Shown here: positions 36,978 to 46,638 of the stretch, piece by piece
Numbering within the stretch: the stretch's first letter is position 1
Layout of the letters: every line of letters starts with the position of its first letter
From: a virus
Lineage: Duplodnaviria; Caudoviricetes
Virus record (IMG/VR): IMGVR_UViG_3300028887_000075
Location: 1-64,000 of that record
Strand: one strand, 5' to 3'
DNA length: 64,000 nucleotides
Translations under genes and position numbers: made by a program
The notes under the pieces: generated by a model
Told to the model about the DNA's origin: nothing
The model's database searches: none
The model's input: the letters and a program-made list of their open reading frames with translations, nothing else

Positions 36978-37451
36978 TTACAGTGCAGCCAGCAGCGATT
37001 CCACGTTGCCGATTTCGTCTTCCACGCTCTTCTGTGTCCAGTGTGCCGCCGTCCAGTCCTCGGATGTGGAGATATCCGTGTTGGCCACGTAACGTAAACC
37101 TCCGTACATACAGGCAGTCCCTGTTGCGACCGGGAATGTCAGGTCGGCATAGTCAGGTGCTAATGCTGTAGCAAATGAAGCATCTGAACCGAGCACAATT
37201 CCTTGTTGATTATCTTGAACGAACTTTAATGGGCTATCAGAATCTACACCGATAGGCACTCCGTTAAGCCCTACGTTCACTGTTGTCTGGTCCTGAGATA
37301 CTTCGGATGTAAAGTAATCATCGTCAAATTGTAGATTCTTCGCCTCGTCTATTGCTTGACGAGCCTCTGTGTCCACCGGAACTAACAAATAGACATTTCC
37401 ATCTTTGTCAGTTACCCTAAATTTTTTCATATTTCCATTTGTAGTTGACAT
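36978..37451 (-). CDS. Fibre-associated hypothetical protein
   Basis: C-terminal YGGLRYVANTDI...WTAAHW resembles small carbohydrate-binding-like modules; within the fibre operon. Confidence 0.55.
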   Translation of the reverse strand: MSTTNGNMKKFRVTDKDGNVYLLVPVDTEARQAIDEAKNLQFDDDYFTSEVSQDQTTVNVGLNGVPIGVDSDSPLKFVQDNQQGIVLGSDASFATALAPDYADLTFPVATGTACMYGGLRYVANTDISTSEDWTAAHWTQKSVEDEIGNVESLLAAL

Positions 37452-37465
37452 ATAAATATAACCTC

Positions 37466-38197
37466 TTACTTATAATATTTATTAGTAGGAATTGTAAATG
37501 ATTGAAGGTTATTAGAAAAATCACCGTTACGAATTGATAAAAATTCCACATTAAACGTTGAAAAATAGCTAGCACTTTTAATATAAATCGACCCATTATA
37601 TATAATAGTTCCTAATTTAACTTTACATTGTAAAACACCATCTGCAAATCCATAAGCATACAGTTCATTTACATCAATTACTATCGCACAATGAACTTTA
37701 TTAGTATACCGGGTATTTGTTTTTATGTATATATTACTTGAATCTTGACCAAATACATAAGCATTATTGTATAAAGTATACCCTAGTCTATTATTACCGT
37801 AAATGCAAAACCTGGCACATTTATCGTTAGAATCATAGTCAAAAGCAGATATTCCTAAATCAACGTGTTGCCACCCACCGTAAATTCCAACCTGCATTTG
37901 TGAATACATTGTTTCTAATGTAATATAATCCATCTGCTCATAAGATATAGTCCCTGCACTATACGGATTATTTAATATACTAGAATCATCAACTCTTATA
38001 GCCTTACTTCCTGTAAACGCATAAGAATCTACAAGACTAACACACTTTACTTGGCCTGATAAATTAGGCCCTACTTTACTCTTAATGAGAAGTCCATCAG
38101 TACTAAGATTATCACAATTATTTAAAAACAAAAAGTCGGAACCCCACTTGCACAGGTAACTGCTTCCGCCAATTTTCACTTTCAATAAATCGCTCAT
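37466..38197 (-). CDS. Putative lectin/LamG-like beta-sandwich protein (AT-rich)
   Basis: KVHCAIVID...GFADGVLQ...LSIRNG pattern. Confidence 0.5.
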   Translation of the reverse strand: MSDLLKVKIGGSSYLCKWGSDFLFLNNCDNLSTDGLLIKSKVGPNLSGQVKCVSLVDSYAFTGSKAIRVDDSSILNNPYSAGTISYEQMDYITLETMYSQMQVGIYGGWQHVDLGISAFDYDSNDKCARFCIYGNNRLGYTLYNNAYVFGQDSSNIYIKTNTRYTNKVHCAIVIDVNELYAYGFADGVLQCKVKLGTIIYNGSIYIKSASYFSTFNVEFLSIRNGDFSNNLQSFTIPTNKYYK

Positions 38198-38211
38198 ATC
38201 GTTACCTGCCT

Positions 38212-38850
38212 TTATTCTAAGGACTTTACGAGACGGATGTACGTACAATCTGTTTTAGCATAATATGATTCGGAATTCATACTGCTAGGCCCAAATACTA
38301 ATCTATAATAGTAGTTCGTTCCAACCTTAGGTGTCATCTCAGCAAAACCAGCAAAGGTTCCAAATGAATCAAAAACATTATTGTAATGATTCCCACTAGG
38401 TATCACACAGAATCCATAATCATCAGTTCCATTCCATCCAGATGGCCAATTCGATGTTATTGAATTATCCAATGCCTTTAGTTTAGAAGCAAGCCCTTCG
38501 GTTATCGTTATCAAGATTTCATACTCATCCTTCGTAGGCACATGCCATCCGTCTGGTAGTAACGTTAACTTGTTATCCTCTAGGTACTTTGCAGCATACC
38601 AGTTATATAGCAAACCGCATTTATACGTCCCATCAATTCCGTAGTCAGTCTCATTATTGTTATAGTACCAAGCTGCTGGAGTAGTCGGAGGACCCCATTG
38701 CCCGAGGGGAATCTGACTGCCATTTACATCAAACTTGTAGTCCAGATTCTCAGCCATCCACAACTGATTACCTATTTTTACAGCCGGGTACCTGCGTCCA
38801 CCTATCTTTATAGAATATCTCTTTTCAAATTTTAATAATGAGCCAGACAT
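38212..38850 (-). CDS. FISUMP domain protein
   Basis: KIGNQLWMAENLDY, CGLLYNWYAA, PDGWHVPT, IRLVK. Confidence 0.82.
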   Translation of the reverse strand: MSGSLLKFEKRYSIKIGGRRYPAVKIGNQLWMAENLDYKFDVNGSQIPLGQWGPPTTPAAWYYNNNETDYGIDGTYKCGLLYNWYAAKYLEDNKLTLLPDGWHVPTKDEYEILITITEGLASKLKALDNSITSNWPSGWNGTDDYGFCVIPSGNHYNNVFDSFGTFAGFAEMTPKVGTNYYYRLVFGPSSMNSESYYAKTDCTYIRLVKSLE

Positions 38851-38868
38851 AAATCAATATCCTGTACT

Positions 38869-39489
38869 TTAAATATATTTGCACAAACGTAAAGAACACC
38901 CCGGTTTTCCATTATTCGGGGCGTTGTTGTAGGCACTTGAACTTGTTATAACTAGTTGCGTATCTGGTGTCTCATACATCCAAAATCTACATTGTGAACC
39001 CACATTGTAAAAATTGCCGTCATCGCCACGGAATCCAGCAGGGACGGCATTAAATAGCAATTGGTTTGTACCATTCCAACCGCTTATATCTTCTTTCTTC
39101 CATTTGTTCGGGTTGCTATAAAGGCCATTATCATACAATGTTCTTAAATTGTTCCAAATACTAGCGTAAGTTGCTACAGTCCATCCATCACTTAATTCAT
39201 TATTGATTATTGGAATTGCAAATTTATTATAAAGTAATCCGTATTTTTTTCCATTCCATCCAAACTCACTTTCATTGTTATTTGGATACCATGCCGCAGG
39301 AGTTGTCGGAACACCAGCAACACCAATATATACACCACTAGGAGCAAAATCAAGATTTAGAGTTGTAAATAAAATACCTCCGTATTGATTATAAGGATAC
39401 TTTTTACCGCCTACATCAACTGCTCCTAATGCTTTTTCATAATCAATTTGTTTAACAATAGTTCCATACTGAGAATATAATACAGACAT
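38869..39489 (-). CDS. Divergent FISUMP domain protein
   Basis: YGLLYN, FNAVPAGFR, RFW, SLRLCK. Confidence 0.72.
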   Translation of the reverse strand: MSVLYSQYGTIVKQIDYEKALGAVDVGGKKYPYNQYGGILFTTLNLDFAPSGVYIGVAGVPTTPAAWYPNNNESEFGWNGKKYGLLYNKFAIPIINNELSDGWTVATYASIWNNLRTLYDNGLYSNPNKWKKEDISGWNGTNQLLFNAVPAGFRGDDGNFYNVGSQCRFWMYETPDTQLVITSSSAYNNAPNNGKPGCSLRLCKYI

Positions 39490-41054
39490 TAGTTACCTCC
39501 ATTGTTCACTTGAGGACTAAAATCAAGATGCAATTCTTCATTCACGGAATCATAACTTACAGTAACTGAACTAACATCGCCCCAAGTGCCGTCGCCTCGT
39601 AAGGCCTTGCTGGAATCTCCCGGTGTAGCAGCAGGTACCAACCCGGCCGTTGACCCGGCAAATACGGGAGCCTTGGTCGTTAGGTCATTGTAGCTCCCGG
39701 TTGTAGCCACGGTTGCCAGGGTAGCAAGCTTCTCCACCATCGAGTCGGTCATCAGGCCACCCGTGTAGGTCGGCTCGGAAGGAACCGGGGTGTCCTTTAC
39801 GAGACGTATGGACATACCGTATGCATCTGAGTCGTAATCTTCGTCTATGCCGGTTCGGTCATCGAGATAGTAGTAGTAACTGTTCTTTACACCATTGATA
39901 GTGCCATAAGATGTGGATGTCCAGAAGTATGCGTAACTATCTCGTCCAGTAAATTCCTTATAGTTACTGGTATATACCGCGGCATAACCAGACGGAAGCG
40001 CCTTAAATTCATATGTGTCGTCTCCGTTCCAACCGGAAGGCCAGTTGCTGGTAACGGACTTGTTCTTGGCTTTTATGCTCGTGCCTGCGTTACCGGTAAT
40101 CGACTTACGTAACGCCGCCCATTCTTCCCTGCTGGGAACGTGCCAACCGGGACATATGGTAGCCCTGTTGTCATTTATGTATTGCGCAGCCTTCCAGTTA
40201 TACAGTAGGCCACACTTGTAAGTTCCGTCTATACCGTAATCTGCCTCGTCGTTGTCATAGTACTGCGCGCGCGGAAGCGAGTAGTCGGAAGTTAGGTTCA
40301 GGTAGAGACCCTGCCACTTGTAGTCGAGGTTCTCCGCCAGCCATTCCTTGCCGTCTGGCATTGTGACCGTCTTGTACGTATGGCTACCTATGGTGACCTC
40401 GTGTACTGGGATATCTACTTCGGCATACGGGATGGTAACGGTCTTGTTGACCGGGACAAGTTCGTCCTCCCCGGCATTGACATGCTCGATAACATTGACT
40501 TGCGCACCCGAAGCTATATTGTCAAGCTTCGACTTGTCGCTCCCGGACATCGCCCCGTTCACCCCGGAAGCTGCCAGGGGAATCGTCACGGTGGTCCCGG
40601 ACTTCAGGTTCTCGCCTGAGCCTATCCTTACGGACTGCACGGCGGAATCGGCGGCGGCTCCCTGCGAGGAGGATGCGTAGTCCGAGTGCTTGTGACCCGA
40701 GTCGGTAAGGTTCCCGTTGCTGTCAAGACCGGCGAAGTTGCCGGACGTAGCCCCCGATACCTTCTCGGCATATCCGCTAAGGTCGAGCGAGGTGTCCCCT
40801 ATACATTCCCACTCGCCTTCCTCGCCCTCGGGTTCTGACCAAATCCATTCCTTGTATATGTCGGAACCGGTCGTGCCCGAAACGGCGACCAGGTAGATTA
40901 TGTTGGTCTTCGGGCTGTCTACGTCCGGATGGTTGTCGGCCCCGGCCGGGTCAGCCGTCTGGAAAGACTGGAACTTCCCTATTTCAACCTTCAGGCGGCG
41001 GAAAAGTTCCTTGGCGCCCTCCTTACCTACGAATACCTTCTGTTCAGACATCAT
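39489..41054 (-). CDS. Tail fibre protein with an internal FISUMP domain
   Basis: Fibre motifs (GAMSGSDKSKLDNI, ATVATTGSYNDL, ALRGDGTW) flanking WLAENLDY...SIRLVKD. Confidence 0.78.
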   Translation of the reverse strand: MMSEQKVFVGKEGAKELFRRLKVEIGKFQSFQTADPAGADNHPDVDSPKTNIIYLVAVSGTTGSDIYKEWIWSEPEGEEGEWECIGDTSLDLSGYAEKVSGATSGNFAGLDSNGNLTDSGHKHSDYASSSQGAAADSAVQSVRIGSGENLKSGTTVTIPLAASGVNGAMSGSDKSKLDNIASGAQVNVIEHVNAGEDELVPVNKTVTIPYAEVDIPVHEVTIGSHTYKTVTMPDGKEWLAENLDYKWQGLYLNLTSDYSLPRAQYYDNDEADYGIDGTYKCGLLYNWKAAQYINDNRATICPGWHVPSREEWAALRKSITGNAGTSIKAKNKSVTSNWPSGWNGDDTYEFKALPSGYAAVYTSNYKEFTGRDSYAYFWTSTSYGTINGVKNSYYYYLDDRTGIDEDYDSDAYGMSIRLVKDTPVPSEPTYTGGLMTDSMVEKLATLATVATTGSYNDLTTKAPVFAGSTAGLVPAATPGDSSKALRGDGTWGDVSSVTVSYDSVNEELHLDFSPQVNNGGN

Positions 41055-41719
41055 TCAACCTCGTCTAGCCATGCGTCCATCTCGAGCGCGGTGCATTCCC
41101 TTGCCGCGTCTACTTCTCCCCAGGTGCCGTCTCCCTTGAGGAATTTGTCCTGGTCACCTGCCGATGGTGCTGGTACAGCACCGGGCTTCCCGTCCTTGTT
41201 CGCGGTAGCCCCGGTGAAGTCGTACACGCCGAGCGGGCTGCCCGGGCGGCCGTCTCCATAGAGGACGTCAACGGATTCCTCGTCTATCACAACGGGGAAC
41301 TGGACAGCGCTTACCGTGTAGTTGGAACCCTCGTCGGTAACTTCCTTGCTGACCTTGACGTGGTCTCCCGGAAGCACCTCGGTCTTGTCCGCGTCGGTCG
41401 ACACGGTGTACTTCCACACGAGGTCGTCCTTCTCGACCTCCAGCTCGATGTTCCTCCCGGCGACGAGCTCGACATCGGGCGGGTTCCTGTAAATCCTGGG
41501 AGGGCACGTGCCTTCCGGTTCCGGCTCCGGGTCTGGCGCCGGGCCCGGCGGGCAGCATCCGGGACCTGCCGGTACCCACGGGCCCATACCGCGGTGCATC
41601 GGGGCGCCCCCGTACATCATGTAGTCGAACTGGTCGGGGTAGGTCCTCGACGGGATGTACTCGCTCGGCCCCTTCTGCGGGGGAGGCGGTGGAGTCTGGC
41701 AGTTGCACGGCTTTTTCAT
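41051..41719 (-). CDS. Pro/Cys-rich fibre-associated protein
   Basis: ATG 7 nt after GATAAACT (41727-41734); C-terminal GAVPAPSAGDQDKFLKGDGTWG fibre motif. Confidence 0.7.
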   Translation of the reverse strand: MKKPCNCQTPPPPPQKGPSEYIPSRTYPDQFDYMMYGGAPMHRGMGPWVPAGPGCCPPGPAPDPEPEPEGTCPPRIYRNPPDVELVAGRNIELEVEKDDLVWKYTVSTDADKTEVLPGDHVKVSKEVTDEGSNYTVSAVQFPVVIDEESVDVLYGDGRPGSPLGVYDFTGATANKDGKPGAVPAPSAGDQDKFLKGDGTWGEVDAARECTALEMDAWLDEVE

Positions 41720-41732
41720 AACCGTGAGTTTA

Positions 41733-42491
41733 TCATTCTTCTTCCGGGAGCGGCTCGCCGAGGCTGAACTTGACGCCAGGTTCTCCCTGGTCGTCGAACA
41801 CTTCGTCGACACTGAGCATGTTGGCCTTTATGCGGCGGATTTCGTCGAGTTCCTTGGCCATGTTCTTCTCGAGCTCGTCGAGCCTGCGGAGGTCCGCTTC
41901 CGGAGTATGCGATGAGACGACGTAGGTCTTGTCGCCGGTGCCCGGTTCGACAATCTCCTGCACGTCCGTGTTGTCGCCGGAGACGACGGAGACGTCCCTC
42001 TTGGCGAGCCAGTAAATCTTCGGGTGCGGCGCCTGGACGTTGGAGTCGTAGTCCACCGGGTCGATGTAGGGGTTCGGCTTCTCGACGAGCGGCTGTACGC
42101 ATACCGGGGTTCCCGTTCCCGTGACCGAGGTGACCGCGTGCGGTTCCGGCTTCGGCGGCTTGGGCGGTACGGGTACCGGACAGCAGCACTGGGGCTTGGG
42201 CGCGGGGACTACCGGGAGGACCACGGTTCTTCCGGCGGCCGGGTTCACGATGGGCTTGGTATCCTTGCCCCCGTGCATTCCGCAGGGGATGGGGGCGTGG
42301 TCAAGTGCCGGTACGCAGGGGGGAGCCGGTCTCGGGCCGGGCATCGGTCCGGGGTGCGGTCCCGGGCAGCACTTGGGTGGAGGGGGCTGAATGGGTATGA
42401 AGTAGGGATGGCAGACCGACATCCAGTGGTTCTGCGGCACTATCGCGTTCCGGTATTCCGGTACAACCTTGTCGAACGGGGTGCGCGGCAT
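41733..42491 (-). CDS. Pro/Cys-rich protein
   Basis: PPPKCCPGPHPGP, QCCCPVPVPP; C-terminal coiled segment. Confidence 0.65.
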   Translation of the reverse strand: MPRTPFDKVVPEYRNAIVPQNHWMSVCHPYFIPIQPPPPKCCPGPHPGPMPGPRPAPPCVPALDHAPIPCGMHGGKDTKPIVNPAAGRTVVLPVVPAPKPQCCCPVPVPPKPPKPEPHAVTSVTGTGTPVCVQPLVEKPNPYIDPVDYDSNVQAPHPKIYWLAKRDVSVVSGDNTDVQEIVEPGTGDKTYVVSSHTPEADLRRLDELEKNMAKELDEIRRIKANMLSVDEVFDDQGEPGVKFSLGEPLPEEE

Positions 42492-42494
42492 GGG

Positions 42495-42905
42495 CTACCT
42501 CTTCGCTGCGCGTTTCCTCGGGGGCTTCCCCGGAAGCTTGCGGACCCTCTCGTCGAGTTCCGCAACGTAATGGTTTCCGCCTAAAGCAGTGTAGACCTCG
42601 AACATCGAAATCCAGTTCTTGAGGTCGTACTCTCCGATGTATCCCTGGGAGGCCACCTTGTTGTACAGCTCGGTGAGGTCGTTCCTTAGGGTGGCGATGT
42701 TCGCATCCTTCATGAGGGCCTGCTCGGCGCGTTCCTCGTCGAACCGGACGCTGAGGTCCTTCAGGTCGCTCCCGAACTCCTTGACTGCAACGAGAAGTTT
42801 CCTTATCGGCCTGATGATGCCGGCGACTACCGAGACGGCTCCGGTCAGGGCGACCAGGAAGGATGAGAAGAGCTGAATGTGCGAGGTAAATTCCGAGAGG
42901 TCCAT
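42495..42905 (-). CDS. Phage membrane protein (holin-like/lysis-module family)
   Basis: One N-terminal TM helix, coiled segment and YTALGGNH motif; GATAAACT at 42934-42941. Confidence 0.55.
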   Translation of the reverse strand: MDLSEFTSHIQLFSSFLVALTGAVSVVAGIIRPIRKLLVAVKEFGSDLKDLSVRFDEERAEQALMKDANIATLRNDLTELYNKVASQGYIGEYDLKNWISMFEVYTALGGNHYVAELDERVRKLPGKPPRKRAAKR

Positions 42906-42965
42906 CGTTCTAGTATCCGTTATCCTGCACCTTAGTTTATCGGGTAAGGATATCCGGTAAATTGC

Positions 42966-43940
42966 TTAGAGGGCCTTTCGCCACTCGTCGGCGAACCTGG
43001 CGTTCTCCTCGTCGTAGTTGCCCTGGTCATCCTGGTCATCCTCGGAGAAGTCATAGCCTTCACGGTCGGGGGACCAGCCGGGGAAGTGCGACCTGCGGAG
43101 GTACTCGCGGTCGTCGTCCTCCCGGGACAGCCGGGCGGCCTCCGCGGGCCTCTCGTAGCGCAGGATGATGTCCTTGATGAGGCGGTGGCGGACGATGTCC
43201 TCCACGCCGAGCTCTACGAAGCCGATGCGCTTTACTCCGTCGAGCAGCCTCATGGCGTGCGTGAAGCCGGACTCGGTCCTCGCCGGGAGGTCGCACTGCT
43301 CGCTGTCGCCGCAGATGACCATCTTGGAGTTCCTGCCGAGGCGGGTGAGCATCGTCTTCATCTGCGAAATCGTAGTGTTCTGGAACTCGTCGCAGACGAT
43401 GAAGGAGTTCGCCAGGGTGGAGCCGCGGATGTATGCGAGCGGGCACACCTGCACCAGGTCGTAGAAGGACTTGCGTTCCCTTGCGTCCTCCTCCTTCTTC
43501 TCGGCGCGGAGCCTCTTCTTCTCCTTGGCGGAGAGGAGCTGTGGCATCTGCTCCGGTTCGGACAGCTTCTCGTCGCGCCCGCCCTTGATGAGGGATATGG
43601 CGTCATACAGGGGCTGCATGTAGGGTGCCACCTTCTCGTCCATTGTCCCCGGGAGGAAACCGAGTTCCTCGCCGGAAGTGACTACCGGGCGTGTCAGTAC
43701 GAGGCGCTCGAAGTTTCCTGCGTCTATCCCGGCTATCCCCACCCATGTCGCCACGGCGGTCTTCCCGGTGCCTGAAGGTCCGTTCACGAAGATGATGTCG
43801 TTGGAGTTGATTGCGTCCACGAGGTCCTGCTGTCCCTGCGTGCGCGCGTATATCGGCTTGCCCTTCCGGGTCCTGATGATTTCCGAGCCGCGGAATCCGT
43901 TCTCCAGCTCGTCGGCCTTTGCCTGCTGTGCCATGCGCAA
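42966..43940 (-). CDS. phoH: PhoH family ATPase
   Basis: GPSGTGKT, LGFLPG, PLAYIRGSTL, DEFQN, LTRLG, GDSEQCD, IVRH. Confidence 0.93.
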   Translation of the reverse strand: MRMAQQAKADELENGFRGSEIIRTRKGKPIYARTQGQQDLVDAINSNDIIFVNGPSGTGKTAVATWVGIAGIDAGNFERLVLTRPVVTSGEELGFLPGTMDEKVAPYMQPLYDAISLIKGGRDEKLSEPEQMPQLLSAKEKKRLRAEKKEEDARERKSFYDLVQVCPLAYIRGSTLANSFIVCDEFQNTTISQMKTMLTRLGRNSKMVICGDSEQCDLPARTESGFTHAMRLLDGVKRIGFVELGVEDIVRHRLIKDIILRYERPAEAARLSREDDDREYLRRSHFPGWSPDREGYDFSEDDQDDQGNYDEENARFADEWRKAL

Positions 43941-44075
43941 TGTCCTTTGTTGGAATTGTTTCCTGGTCTGTCTCTACCGAGTTTAGCATTTTTCTGGCGA
44001 TATTGGGGCATAGGGCATCATTCCATGTTGGAATAGTGCACAAAAATCCGAAGCCAGCTCCGATAAACTACCGGC

Positions 44076-44744
44076 ATGCAAGACCTAGAATCACTCACAG
44101 AACTGGCCGCCTGTCTTGGCCGCGGATATGCCGCCTTGGTGGAGGCAGAAGACAAGGTCCCTCCCGGTAACACCCCGGAGCAGTCCGGCGGCAAGACCGA
44201 CGAAGGCCCCGAGGACGTAATGAAGGCGGTCGCCGGTATAGCCGGCGCGGTGCTTTCCCCGAGGATTACCGAGACACTCCAGAACGGCGGGAAGCCGTCG
44301 TGGAAGGATATCCTGGGCGACGCGGCCGAGCTCGGCATCTCGTTCATCCCGGGAGTCGGCGGGGTAGCCAAGCTGGGAAGGCTGCTGAAGGCCTCCCGGG
44401 TAGGCATCAAGGGCGCCCAGCTTGCCAACAAGGTGTCCAAGTCCAAGGCCGGGCTGAAGGCGGCCAAGGTCGCCTCGGCTGCGAAGAAGCACCTCTCCCC
44501 CGAGCAGCAGAAGGCCGCGATGGACTTCATGGAGAAGCTCCGTGCGGGCGCCGTCAAGAAGGTCGAGAAGGAACTCAGGATGGACCTGGAGACTACCGGG
44601 GACAGCAAGAACTACAGGGAACGGCTGCAGGCCCAGGTGCCGAAGATGAAGGAAACCGCCGCCAACTACGCCAGGAAGGTCGCCGAGAAGGTGAACTCTG
44701 CCATCGGCGGCCAGGAAGGTGACACAGCTCCGGTTCCCGCATAG
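44076..44744 (+). CDS. Putative virion protein with YAALVEA leader and IPGVGG segment
   Basis: ATG 6 nt after GATAAACT (44062-44069). Confidence 0.65.
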   Translation: MQDLESLTELAACLGRGYAALVEAEDKVPPGNTPEQSGGKTDEGPEDVMKAVAGIAGAVLSPRITETLQNGGKPSWKDILGDAAELGISFIPGVGGVAKLGRLLKASRVGIKGAQLANKVSKSKAGLKAAKVASAAKKHLSPEQQKAAMDFMEKLRAGAVKKVEKELRMDLETTGDSKNYRERLQAQVPKMKETAANYARKVAEKVNSAIGGQEGDTAPVPA

Positions 44745-44807
44745 GGAATACTCCAAGTTGGAATATGAAATTGTCCCGAATTCGAAATGTTTTCGGGATA
44801 TTTTAAT

Positions 44808-44849
44808 ATACTAACAGGATATCAACAGGTTATTCACAAGTTTTCAACA
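44808..44849 (+). repeat. Four phased 9-mers (11-bp period) resembling DnaA boxes
   Basis: ATACTAACA, ATATCAACA, TTATTCACA, TTTTCAACA. Confidence 0.5.
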
Positions 44850-44881
44850 CGGTTGTTCATCGGCCACTACCATAAATCTTA

Positions 44882-45463
44882 ATGCAGATGGACGACAGTG
44901 TCGATGACATAGAGGAAGAGTCTGAACTCGCCGGGGGTGGTAGCGCCGAGCGAATCATCCGCATTACCGGGGAAATCTCTGAGGAAACTGCAGAGAAGTT
45001 TACCCTTAATCTACACAGAGTGGCGGAGACCCCCGGCGAGATTCATGTCGTCATCGCGTCCGACGGAGGGGACATCGAGTACGGTCTCCGCATAATCGAC
45101 GCCCTGAACATAGCCAAGGCCAAGTCCTGCGTAATCCATACTACCGTGGCCGGAAAGGCATATTCGATGGGTGCGTTCATCGCCCTTGTCGGCGACCGGC
45201 GCACAATCTACCCCCATGCGAGGCTCATGTTCCATTCCGGGAGATACGAGGCCATGGCCGAGGGGGAGGAGATGACCGTCCAGGTCCTCCAGTCAATGGT
45301 GAACGAGATGTCGATGTTCAACAATACCTTCCGGAAACTCCTGGCCGGCGTCGGCCTGTCCAGCGAGATGATTGAGAAGATAATGACGACCGACGTGTAC
45401 ATGAACGCCGAGGAAGCGATTTCCCTCGGCGTGATGCATTCCATAGAGACCGAGATTATCTAG
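44882..45463 (+). CDS. clpP: ClpP-like protease subunit
   Basis: IASDGGD, GKAYSMGAFI (catalytic Ser), ARLMFH, DVYMNAEEAISLG. Confidence 0.82.
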   Translation: MQMDDSVDDIEEESELAGGGSAERIIRITGEISEETAEKFTLNLHRVAETPGEIHVVIASDGGDIEYGLRIIDALNIAKAKSCVIHTTVAGKAYSMGAFIALVGDRRTIYPHARLMFHSGRYEAMAEGEEMTVQVLQSMVNEMSMFNNTFRKLLAGVGLSSEMIEKIMTTDVYMNAEEAISLGVMHSIETEII

Positions 45464-46311
45464 TCCTCGGAACTTCCCGATTGGTAGGCCTTCATGATTT
45501 CCGCGGCCATGCTGGGTGACGGCATGGCCCTTTCCGGCTTCTTCCCGTATTCGTCCGCGTCCGCCCGGGAGGCCCTGGCGAACAGCATGTGGTTCTCGGT
45601 GAGGAACTTCTGCCAGGGATAGACCCCGTGCTTCCTGATGAAGTTCTCGATGCCGGCCATGGCGTTCCTGAAAGTGGCGAGGTTGTCCTCCATTCCCTCC
45701 ATGAGCGGGACATCGAACGATTCGCACTCGCTCTCGTAGAAGTCGTGCATGACTGCTTCCAGGAGCTCCTCCCGGACATCCCCGGCGAACCTCCCGATGC
45801 ATTCCCCGAATGCGAACCGGCGGGATTCCTCGGCGATTGCCGGGTTCTTCCTGATTGAGTCAATCTGGCGGCCTATGCGGATGGCCTCCTTGAAGGAGTT
45901 GCCGAATACAATCCTGTTGTATTCCTGGCGGCCATAGGTGGCGACGAAGTACTTGACGACCTCGCAGTTCTGGAGGAACCGGTTGTAGTCCCTGTCCCAG
46001 CAGTCCGGCTCGAACTTGACCGCACGGTAGATTGCCACGTAGTCCGGGTTGGCCTTCTTCTCGGGGACAACCTGGGGCTGCGGCTGCGTCATCGCGTCGG
46101 CCACCTTCCCGGCGACCTCCCCGACCTTGCTGCGTACCTTCCCGGCTACATCCCCGGCAATCTTCTTGCCTTTTTCGAGGAGTTCCTTCCTGCGGTCGAG
46201 GATTCCCTCGTTGATGACATAGGACTTGAGGACGGCCTCGAGGAACGCGTGGTCCTCCGGATTGTCCCTCTTCAGTACGCTCTCGATGAAAATCTGTTGC
46301 CTGAGGTTCAT
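45460..46311 (-). CDS. Putative virion protein with YVINEG leader
   Basis: GATAAACT at 46332-46339; several [LI]xE sites. Confidence 0.7.
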   Translation of the reverse strand: MNLRQQIFIESVLKRDNPEDHAFLEAVLKSYVINEGILDRRKELLEKGKKIAGDVAGKVRSKVGEVAGKVADAMTQPQPQVVPEKKANPDYVAIYRAVKFEPDCWDRDYNRFLQNCEVVKYFVATYGRQEYNRIVFGNSFKEAIRIGRQIDSIRKNPAIAEESRRFAFGECIGRFAGDVREELLEAVMHDFYESECESFDVPLMEGMEDNLATFRNAMAGIENFIRKHGVYPWQKFLTENHMLFARASRADADEYGKKPERAMPSPSMAAEIMKAYQSGSSED

Positions 46312-46377
46312 TTTTGCTTCTCCGAATTGGAAGTTTATCGTCTTTTTGCTATATTTGGCAATAAAAAGAGGTTCAAT

Positions 46378-46638
46378 ATGAAGTATGTCGCGCATTTCTT
46401 CTTCGACGGTGACGGAATAGGAGTTGAGTTCCCGGACGTTCCCGGTGCCTACACGTGCGCCGACTCTATCGAGGATGCACCGAGGGCTGCCCGGGAGGCG
46501 CTGAACGGAGTACTGAAGACCATGCTGGACAGGGGCGAGAAGCTCCCGGAGGCGAAGACGAAGGCCGACTGGAGGGACTGCATGCATGCGATAGAGGTTG
46601 ACGAGGACATCGCGAGGGTGGTAGAAGATGGAAGATAG
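46378..46638 (+). CDS. HicB-like antitoxin (orphan)
   Basis: GVEFPDVPGAYTCADSIEDA...AREAL; no adjacent HicA. Confidence 0.75.
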   Translation: MKYVAHFFFDGDGIGVEFPDVPGAYTCADSIEDAPRAAREALNGVLKTMLDRGEKLPEAKTKADWRDCMHAIEVDEDIARVVEDGR

